A stretch of DNA of 62,393 bases, taken from Candidatus Roizmanbacteria bacterium RIFCSPHIGHO2_02_FULL_38_11 (GTDB taxonomy: Bacteria; Patescibacteriota; Microgenomatia; UBA1406; GWC2-37-13). Both the position numbers and the translations under genes were made by a program. Positions 28,200 through 35,375 of this stretch are shown one piece after another (positions within the stretch are counted from its first letter, which is position 1; each line of letters opens with the position of its first letter). The notes beneath the pieces are model-generated. The model had not been told where the DNA came from. It saw only the letters and a list, made by a program, of their open reading frames with translations, and searched no databases. Where the stretch lies: positions 1 through 62,393 of the forward strand of contig MFZO01000044.1 in assembly GCA_001788015.1 (NCBI GenBank), given 5' to 3'.

Positions 28200-29351
28200 A
28201 TGGTTTCACTTATAGGCTATTACACCACACAGTTTGGAGAACTTTGGGAAAAATCATTATCAGATTTGATCGAAGAAGCTATAAACGGAGTTTTAAAAAA
28301 TACTAGATTGGATAAAAAGCAGATTGGTGCGATTTTTTTTTCTAATATGTTAGCGGGAGTTTTGGAAAATAATTTACATACGGTCTCAAAAATAGCCGAA
28401 ATATTAGGGGTAAATATTCCAATATTCAGAGTCGAAGCAGCCTGTGCTTCAGGCGGTGTAGCTTTTCATCTGGCAAAAAATTACTTGGATGCTAATCCAG
28501 GCAAAAATGTTTTAGTTATTGGGGCGGAAAAAATGACCGATTATTCTCCGGAAGAGACAACATCTGCCTTAGCTTCGGCTGCGTCAGGAGAAGAGCAAGA
28601 GGCTGGCCTGACTTTCCCGGGACTCTATGCTATGATGGCTCAATATTATTTAGGTAAATATAAATATACGGAGGAAAATTTGGCTTACGTCAGCCTTAAG
28701 AATCATTATCATGGGACATTGAATGACAAAGCTCATTTTAGAAAACAAATCACAATAGAACAGGTAATGAGCAGTCCTTATATTGCCTATCCACTAAAAG
28801 TTTTGGATTCGTGTACTGTTTCGGATGGTGCTTCGGCTCTTGTTTTATCCAGTGATCGGAATGTCGGAAGAAAAGAAAAAAGTGAAATCAAAGTTTTAGC
28901 CAGTGAAACAGCAAACGACAAAATTTCTTTGAAAGAGAGAAATAGTATAGATGAAATTTTAGCAACAGAAATTTCTGCAGATAAAGCCTTTACAAAGGCT
29001 AAAGTTAATCGAAAAGATATAAAAGTAGCAGAAGTGCACGACTGTTTTTCGATAGCTGAGCTTTTAGCTATGGAGGATCTTGGATTTTGGAAAAAAGGAA
29101 AAGGAGGAAAAAGAATAAAAGAGCTGTCGACAATGTATGGTTCAGATGGCGATTTAATTGTAAACACATCTGGAGGACTCAAAGCGTCGGGTCATCCGGT
29201 AGGCGCAACCGGCATAAAACAAATTGGTGAGATTTTTTTACAGCTTACTGGTCAGGCAACAAACAGACAGGTAAATGGTGCTAAATTTGGATTGGCTCAT
29301 AATGTTGGAGGCAGCGGCGGAACAGCAGTTGTGACAATACTTGGAGTTTAA
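28200..29351 (+). CDS. thiolase (acetyl-CoA acetyltransferase), archaeal/SCP-x type
   Basis: Active-site VEAACASGG; C-terminal GHPVGATG and HNVGGSGG. Confidence 0.87.
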   Translation: MVSLIGYYTTQFGELWEKSLSDLIEEAINGVLKNTRLDKKQIGAIFFSNMLAGVLENNLHTVSKIAEILGVNIPIFRVEAACASGGVAFHLAKNYLDANPGKNVLVIGAEKMTDYSPEETTSALASAASGEEQEAGLTFPGLYAMMAQYYLGKYKYTEENLAYVSLKNHYHGTLNDKAHFRKQITIEQVMSSPYIAYPLKVLDSCTVSDGASALVLSSDRNVGRKEKSEIKVLASETANDKISLKERNSIDEILATEISADKAFTKAKVNRKDIKVAEVHDCFSIAELLAMEDLGFWKKGKGGKRIKELSTMYGSDGDLIVNTSGGLKASGHPVGATGIKQIGEIFLQLTGQATNRQVNGAKFGLAHNVGGSGGTAVVTILGV

Positions 29352-29362
29352 TTTTATTATTT

Positions 29363-29478
29363 GTCATCCTGAACTCGTTTCAGGATCTGGATTGTCATTC
29401 CAGCCCCGTATCTAAGTACGGGGTAAACTCCAGCGGGAATCCATAATTATATAGATTCCGGATCAAGTCCGGAATGAC
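29363..29478. repeat. GTCAT...ATGAC hairpin element (about 4 modules)
   Basis: GTCATCCTGAActcgtTTCAGGATC; GTCATTCCAGCCCCGTAtctaaGTACGGGG; GGGAATCC; ATTCCGGAtcaagTCCGGAATGAC. Confidence 0.75.
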
Positions 29479-29489
29479 GAGGAGGTAAT

Positions 29490-29792
29490 ATGATTTCACC
29501 CGTCAAAATTTGGCGAAGACAAAAACAGGTCAGAAGACTCCTTCATAGGAAGGGAAAAATATTGACGTGGACGGTAATTTATGTTACCGGGGACGAATTT
29601 AAAAAATTTGCCCCATATCCTGTTGTAATTGTAAAGTTAGAGAATGGTGAAAATGTGACCGCGCCAATGGTGGATTATGAGAAAGAAGATTTGCGAATCG
29701 GAAAAAGGGTTAAAGTTGTCTTAAGAAAAGTTAGAGAGGGATCAGCAGAGGATGTTTTAGTTTATGGTATTAAACTAAAACCCCTGAAGTAG
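29490..29792 (+). CDS. DUF35-type OB-fold protein, no zinc ribbon
   Basis: 100 aa; GKILTWTVIY..PYPVVIVKLENGENVTAPMVD..IGKRVKVV OB-fold pattern; no Cys in the whole protein; GAGGAGG SD 5 nt upstream. Confidence 0.6.
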   Translation: MISPVKIWRRQKQVRRLLHRKGKILTWTVIYVTGDEFKKFAPYPVVIVKLENGENVTAPMVDYEKEDLRIGKRVKVVLRKVREGSAEDVLVYGIKLKPLK

Positions 29793-29830
29793 AACAAAGT
29801 TCACTTCAGGCCAAACAATAAATTTATAAT

Positions 29831-30787
29831 ATGAAGAGTGAAACATCAAAAAAAATAATAAGTTACAGCGCTCCGGCAAAAGTTATTCTTTCAGGCGAGC
29901 ATGCTGTGGTGTACGGAAAACCTGCTTTAGTTTCGGCTTTGGATTTAAGATTGAAATTCGGTATTTGGGAAAATAAGAAAAATCTCAAAGATAAAAATAT
30001 ATTAATGATTATGCAGAAAGTTAAGGATAACCTTAAAAAACAAAAAATAAGTTTTAAAGAGAAGAAATTTGATTATAAAATTGATTCGAATATTCCGATT
30101 AAACAGAGACTTGGATCGTCAGCGGCTTTTTGCGTCGCTGTTGTAGCGGCTTTATTGGAATATTATGGAGGTAGAGAGTTTGATAAAGAAACAATAAACA
30201 ATATTGCTTATCAATGTGAGAAATACTTTCATATTAATGCTTCCGGTGTTGATGTGACGGCATCATGTTTTGGAGGACTTATCTTTTATCGAAAAGAATT
30301 TGAATTTTTGAAAAATATTTCTGCCTTAAATATTAAAATTCCAAAAAAAATAGAAGAGGGATTATTTTTGATTGATAGCGGTAATCCAGTAGAACCAACT
30401 GGAGAAATGGTTGACTTAGTTGGTAAAGCATACAACAATAAACCTGAATTTATTGAAGAAGTTCTGAATGATATTGAAAAAACAACAAAACGGTTAGTAG
30501 TATCGATTATTAAGGAAGATATTAATTTTTTTATTAAATCATTAGTCGACAATCAGGTATTGTTAGATATGTTGGGCGTTGTTTCTAAAAAGGCAAAAAA
30601 TTTGTTAAAAGATTTAGAACCATATGGATACGGAAAGGTTACGGGCGGCGGAGGAAAGAAAAGAGGATCAGGATACATGCTTTTTTATACAGGTAAGATA
30701 AAAGAGTTTGAAAATTATTGCAGTCAGAAAAATATTACTTATTTCAAATTTATACAGTCCTACGAAGGAGTAAAAAAAGAAACATGA
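29831..30787 (+). CDS. GHMP kinase, divergent mevalonate-kinase paralogue (candidate phosphomevalonate kinase)
   Basis: Motif I PAKVILSGEHAVVYG, motif II RLGSSAAF, atypical motif III KVTGGGGKKRGSGYM. Confidence 0.7.
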   Translation: MKSETSKKIISYSAPAKVILSGEHAVVYGKPALVSALDLRLKFGIWENKKNLKDKNILMIMQKVKDNLKKQKISFKEKKFDYKIDSNIPIKQRLGSSAAFCVAVVAALLEYYGGREFDKETINNIAYQCEKYFHINASGVDVTASCFGGLIFYRKEFEFLKNISALNIKIPKKIEEGLFLIDSGNPVEPTGEMVDLVGKAYNNKPEFIEEVLNDIEKTTKRLVVSIIKEDINFFIKSLVDNQVLLDMLGVVSKKAKNLLKDLEPYGYGKVTGGGGKKRGSGYMLFYTGKIKEFENYCSQKNITYFKFIQSYEGVKKET

Positions 30788-31698
30788 AGGTAAAAACGTC
30801 AGCTCCGGGAAAACTAATGCTTTTGGGAGAGCATGCAGTCGTTTATGGTTATCCATGCATTGTAACAGCGGTTGATAAAAGATTGTATGTTGAAGCAGAA
30901 GTTATTAATAAAAAAGAAGATGAAATAGTTACTCCGCAGGTTAAGGAAAGCCGTTTTGTCTTAGAAACACTTGCCCACTTCAGGGATAAATTCAGGGTTA
31001 ACAAACACATTAAGATAACTACCCAAGGAGATTTTTCCCACAATGTAGGATTAGGTTCTTCGTCGGCTGTAACTGTTGCAACATTTTCTGCTTTAAGCTT
31101 GTTATTTAATTTTCCATTATCCAAAAAGGAAATATTTGATTTAAGCTATAAAGTTACGTTGAAAATTCAAGGTGTTGGTTCGGGATTCGATATTGCGGCG
31201 GCAACTTTTGGCGGGACTTTGTATTTTGTAAAAGGAGGAAAAACTATAGAACCATTGGAGATTGATTCTCTACCGATAGTTGTTGGTTATTCAGGAATTA
31301 AGGCAGACACTCCTTATTATGTAAGAAAAGTGGCTGAAGCATTCAAGGATAGACAAAGTGAGATGAAAGAAATATTTAATAAAATTACCGAGTTAGTTAA
31401 TAAGGCAAAAAAGAGTCTCCTTGAAAAAGATTATCCCACGCTTGGAAGACTTATGACCAAAGATCACAAGCTTTTGCAAAATCTTGGAGTAAGTATTCCT
31501 CAACTTGATGAGATGGTAGAAGCTGCTTTGGATGCCGGGGCTTATGGAGCAAAGTTGTCAGGCGCAGGTGGAGGAGATTGTATGATTGCACTGGTTTCGG
31601 AAGATAAAAGAAAAGCAGTTGAAAAAGCTATACAAAAGGCAGGAGGGGAAATTATAAATGTTAAAAACAATGAAGAAGGAGTGAGGATAGAAAAGTGA
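30784..31698 (+). CDS. mvk: mevalonate kinase
   Basis: APGKLMLLGEHAVVYG, GLGSSSAV, KLSGAGGGDC. I chose the ATG at 30784, which overlaps the upstream stop as ATGA, over the 30718 start. Confidence 0.8.
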   Translation: MKVKTSAPGKLMLLGEHAVVYGYPCIVTAVDKRLYVEAEVINKKEDEIVTPQVKESRFVLETLAHFRDKFRVNKHIKITTQGDFSHNVGLGSSSAVTVATFSALSLLFNFPLSKKEIFDLSYKVTLKIQGVGSGFDIAAATFGGTLYFVKGGKTIEPLEIDSLPIVVGYSGIKADTPYYVRKVAEAFKDRQSEMKEIFNKITELVNKAKKSLLEKDYPTLGRLMTKDHKLLQNLGVSIPQLDEMVEAALDAGAYGAKLSGAGGGDCMIALVSEDKRKAVEKAIQKAGGEIINVKNNEEGVRIEK

Positions 31699-31699
31699 T

Positions 31700-32677
31700 A
31701 TGAAAGCCACCGCCATTGGTCCGTCGAATATTGCTTTTATTAAGTATTGGGGCAAAAAGGATGAGAATTTAAGATTGCCAGAGAATGGCAGTATTTCGAT
31801 GAATTTGAGTGATTTAACTACAACTACTACAGTTGAGTTTTTACAAAACCTTAGAGAAGATAGCGTAATAATTGATGGAAAAGCCGAGAAGAAAAAAATA
31901 GAAAGAGTCAGTAAACAGCTTGATAGAGTAAGAAAGATTGCTAAATTTCCATATAAAGCAAAAGTTGTTTCTCAAAATAATTTTCCAAGTGGAACTGGTT
32001 TATCTTCTTCGGCTTCAGGCCTTGCAGCTTTGACATTGGCGGCTTCAAAATCAGCAGGTTTAAATCTTTCAGAAAAAGAATTATCCATTTTAGCGCGTCA
32101 GGGATCAGGATCAGCCTGTCGTTCAGTACCCGATGGATTTGTTGAGTGGCTAGAGGGCAATACAAGCGAAACTTCGTACGCCTATTCTCTGTACCCAGAA
32201 AATTATTGGGATATTCTCGATATAGTCGTGGTTGTATCTCACGATAAAAAGGATATATCTTCGACAGGAGGACAAAAAATAGTTGCAACCAGTTCATTCT
32301 ACAAAGTTAGACTTTCAAATATTAATAAAAAAATAGAATTATGTAAAAAACTTCTAAGCGAGAAAAATTTTCCTGAATTTGGAAAATTGATTGAAGCTGA
32401 AGCGCTGGAGCTACATGCGATTATGCTAACTTCTTCACCATCACTGATTTATTGGTTGCCTGGGACGATTAAAATTATGAAGTTAGTTAAAAAATGGAGA
32501 AGCGAAGGATTGGCGGTCTATTTTACGGTTAATACAGGACAAGATGTTCATCTTATTATTGAAGGAAAAAATAAGGAAATTCTATTAGAAAAGTTGCAAA
32601 AAGTAAAAGAAATAAAGAAAGTAATCGTGAATACCCCAGCATTAGGAGCAAGATTAATCAATAAGCACTTGTTTTAA
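31700..32677 (+). CDS. mvaD: (di)phosphomevalonate decarboxylase
   Basis: NIAFIKYWGKKD, GTGLSSSASG, GSGSACRS; starts 2 nt after the mvk stop. Confidence 0.87.
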   Translation: MKATAIGPSNIAFIKYWGKKDENLRLPENGSISMNLSDLTTTTTVEFLQNLREDSVIIDGKAEKKKIERVSKQLDRVRKIAKFPYKAKVVSQNNFPSGTGLSSSASGLAALTLAASKSAGLNLSEKELSILARQGSGSACRSVPDGFVEWLEGNTSETSYAYSLYPENYWDILDIVVVVSHDKKDISSTGGQKIVATSSFYKVRLSNINKKIELCKKLLSEKNFPEFGKLIEAEALELHAIMLTSSPSLIYWLPGTIKIMKLVKKWRSEGLAVYFTVNTGQDVHLIIEGKNKEILLEKLQKVKEIKKVIVNTPALGARLINKHLF

Positions 32678-32678
32678 A

Positions 32679-33020
32679 TTATGGTCCGATTTTTGGCAGA
32701 TTGATCTGCCACCCGCCGCCTGTATCTGTAAAAATATGAAGGACTTGAGTAGCGATGACGTTAAAAAGAGCTAATGCGAAAATAACAATAAAAATACCGA
32801 TGACAGCGTTGGTTATTTTTTGCTGGGCTTTTACTATTCTTTCCTTTTCACCGCCGGAAATTATCCAATCAAAGGCCCCGGATAGCATGTAGATCAGTAC
32901 AGCTATGCCGGCAATGATTATGAAAATATTTATAGCTCCTCCGATAAAAGCTCCGGCGTCTGTCGGAACTCCGGTAGGGGGCGCAATTGTACCGAATATA
33001 TCGGCTTGAGCTAGGTTCAT
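32679..33020 (-). CDS. small two-helix pilin-like protein (TrbC/VirB2-like T4SS-pilin pattern)
   Basis: TM1, then SGGEKERIVKAQQKITNAV, then TM2; 113 aa. Confidence 0.5.
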   Translation of the reverse strand: MNLAQADIFGTIAPPTGVPTDAGAFIGGAINIFIIIAGIAVLIYMLSGAFDWIISGGEKERIVKAQQKITNAVIGIFIVIFALALFNVIATQVLHIFTDTGGGWQINLPKIGP

Positions 33021-33023
33021 AAT

Positions 33024-33323
33024 TTAAAACGGTGAGGAAATACCAAATATAACTGTAATTAATTTTACAATAACAAAAGCGATAATAACAACAATCAAAC
33101 CCAATATAGCAAAGGTCATTGTTTTTTGGGCTTTTGCCACATTTTCTGGACTGTCGCCTGCGATAATCCGAAGATAACCTCCGTATAAAAGCATAACCAG
33201 AAGAATAAAGGCTGCTCCAATTATAAGCAAAGGCAAGAATATATTCATAAGATCAGCAACTTTTGCAAATTTTGCTAAAGGATTAACGGTCGGATCACTA
33301 AAATCAATAGCGTAGACGTTCAT
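33024..33323 (-). CDS. small two-helix pilin-like protein (TrbC/VirB2-like T4SS-pilin pattern)
   Basis: TM1, then AGDSPENVAKAQKTMTFAI, then TM2; 99 aa; 3 nt from its paralogue. Confidence 0.5.
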   Translation of the reverse strand: MNVYAIDFSDPTVNPLAKFAKVADLMNIFLPLLIIGAAFILLVMLLYGGYLRIIAGDSPENVAKAQKTMTFAILGLIVVIIAFVIVKLITVIFGISSPF

Positions 33324-33386
33324 TAAATTTAGTCTATATAAAATGATTTTTTAAGTCAAGGAGAGTATAATCATGAAACATATAAC

Positions 33387-34097
33387 ATGAAACATGAAAC
33401 ATTAAAAAGAAATATTCCAAAACATGTTGCAATAATTTTGGACGGAAATAGAAGGTGGGCAAGAGAAAGACGATTACCTACTTTAGAAGGACACAGAAGA
33501 GGATTAAATGCTGTTATCGAGATTAGTAAAAAAGCAAGACAGATGGGGATAAAAATTTTAACGGTTTGGGTTTTTTCCACGGAAAATTGGGACCGAAGCA
33601 AAGCAGAAGTAAGTTATATAATGAAGCTTGGCGAAAGAGCAGTTGCTAATTATTTAAAAGAGGCTTTAAAAGAACAGGTTAGAATTATACACATTGGAAG
33701 AAAAGACAGAATTCCAAATAATCTTCGAGATAAGCTTAGAGAAGCAGAAGAAAAAACAAAAAAATTTAGCAAATATTTTTTTGTAATAGCATTAGACTTC
33801 GGCGGGCGTGACGATATAATCCGAGCAATCAAAAAAATCCGTAATCCGCAATCCGTAATAAAAAATTTGGATGAAATTAGTTTTAGTCAGTTCTTAGATA
33901 CGAAAAAACTACCTCAATCAGACATAGACTTAGTTATTAGAACCGGAGGAGAAATACGCACTTCGGGTTTTATGATCTGGCAAGCCGCGTACGCCGAATA
34001 TATTTTCGTCAAAAAATATATGCCCGATTTTACACCTGAAGATTTTGAGGAGTGTATTAAAGAATATTCACAAAGACAGAGAAGATTTGGCAGATAA
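33387..34097 (+). CDS. uppS: isoprenyl transferase / undecaprenyl diphosphate synthase
   Basis: HVAIILDGNRRWA and IRTGGEIRTSGFMIWQAAYAEYIF motifs. Confidence 0.93.
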   Translation: MKHETLKRNIPKHVAIILDGNRRWARERRLPTLEGHRRGLNAVIEISKKARQMGIKILTVWVFSTENWDRSKAEVSYIMKLGERAVANYLKEALKEQVRIIHIGRKDRIPNNLRDKLREAEEKTKKFSKYFFVIALDFGGRDDIIRAIKKIRNPQSVIKNLDEISFSQFLDTKKLPQSDIDLVIRTGGEIRTSGFMIWQAAYAEYIFVKKYMPDFTPEDFEECIKEYSQRQRRFGR

Positions 34098-34118
34098 CTT
34101 CATTGTATAATATTTCTT

Positions 34119-35162
34119 ATGTTTACTCCTATCTTTACAATAACCAACAAAATCCTCAATAACATTGCAAAGATTGAGGCTGTTGAAGAGGTTATACGTC
34201 TTTCGCCGCTTCTGCCTTTATGGGAAAAACAGTTTAAGGAAGACGCTATTATCCGATCAGTTTATCACGGTACTCACATCGAGGGTAATCCTTTGCATAA
34301 GGAAGATGCAAAAGACATTCTTTTGGGAAAAGATGTGATAGGCCGACCTAGAGACGTGCAAGAGATCATCAATTATCGAAAAGTCATAGAGTTTATCGAT
34401 GAAGAGGCAAAAAAAAAGATTGATCGTATAACAGAGCTTCTCCTAAAAAAATTGCACCGAATCATTGGAGATAAAATTTTGTCTGTTGATCAGGCAGGAG
34501 AGTATCGGACGAAACAGGTAGTGGTTCGAAATTCAGAGACGGGAGAAGTAACCTTTAGGCCGCCAGCACCGTTAGAAATACCTTATCTAATCAGGGAATT
34601 TCTTTACTGGCTTAATCGTGAGGACAAGGACAATATTCATCCGGTATTAAAAGCTGGCATCGCACATCATGAACTAGTTCGCATCCATCCTTTTATTGAC
34701 GGGAACGGTCGTGTTGCACGCGTTGTAGCCACGTTGATATTATTTCTGGGAGGTTACGATATCCGAAGGTTTTTTTCATTGGAGGAATATTATGATAAAG
34801 ACGCGGTATCTTATTACCAGAATTTACAAAAAGCGTCATCCGGAGATCTGGTTTCTTGGTTAGAGTATTTTACCTTTGGCGCTGCGGTGGAATTTGAAAA
34901 AATTAAGGAGAAAGTCTTAAAGCTCTCACAGGACGTTAAACTAAAGGAGAAGTTCGGGGGAAAACAAATCTATCTGACTGAGAGACAGGTTAAAATTATC
35001 GAATATATTCGGGAGGTAGGCTATCTGCAGAATCAAATCTTCCCCACCCTTTTCCCCAGCATCTCAGAAGACTCGGTGCTTCGTGACGTACAAGATCTAA
35101 TAAAAAAAGGGCTTTTAAAAAAAATAGGCAGCACCAAAGGAGCAAGATATATAGTGGTATAA
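34119..35162 (+). CDS. Fic family protein with C-terminal winged-helix domain
   Basis: Fic motif HPFIDGNGRVARV; 347 aa. Confidence 0.88.
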   Translation: MFTPIFTITNKILNNIAKIEAVEEVIRLSPLLPLWEKQFKEDAIIRSVYHGTHIEGNPLHKEDAKDILLGKDVIGRPRDVQEIINYRKVIEFIDEEAKKKIDRITELLLKKLHRIIGDKILSVDQAGEYRTKQVVVRNSETGEVTFRPPAPLEIPYLIREFLYWLNREDKDNIHPVLKAGIAHHELVRIHPFIDGNGRVARVVATLILFLGGYDIRRFFSLEEYYDKDAVSYYQNLQKASSGDLVSWLEYFTFGAAVEFEKIKEKVLKLSQDVKLKEKFGGKQIYLTERQVKIIEYIREVGYLQNQIFPTLFPSISEDSVLRDVQDLIKKGLLKKIGSTKGARYIVV

Positions 35163-35168
35163 TATTAT

Positions 35169-35357
35169 TTGATGGAGGAGAAACTTTTACAGCTAACTTA
35201 TTTAGGATTTCTGTTGCCTGGTCTTTTTGCCATGACACTTGTTGCCGAAGGAATCTATAAAGTCTCTCGGCATGAGGAAGGTTTTTTCACGTTTACCCTA
35301 GGCGTTTTATTTTTAGTTGGTGTGACAATCGCCTTTCTATTTTTATTTAATATATGA
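35169..35357 (+). CDS. small 2-TM protein (62 aa)
   Basis: ORF only; two hydrophobic helices. Confidence 0.3.
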   Translation: MMEEKLLQLTYLGFLLPGLFAMTLVAEGIYKVSRHEEGFFTFTLGVLFLVGVTIAFLFLFNI

Positions 35358-35375
35358 CCGCTCGATAATTGAAGT

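Noticed and set aside
30718-30783. Longer start for the second GHMP kinase at 30718
   Set aside because: It overlaps the end of the upstream kinase by 70 nt. The ATG at 30784 gives the canonical MKVKTSAPGKL N-terminus and an ATGA coupling overlap.
33371-33601. 76-aa minus-strand ORF
   Set aside because: It is antisense to the well-supported 5' end of uppS.
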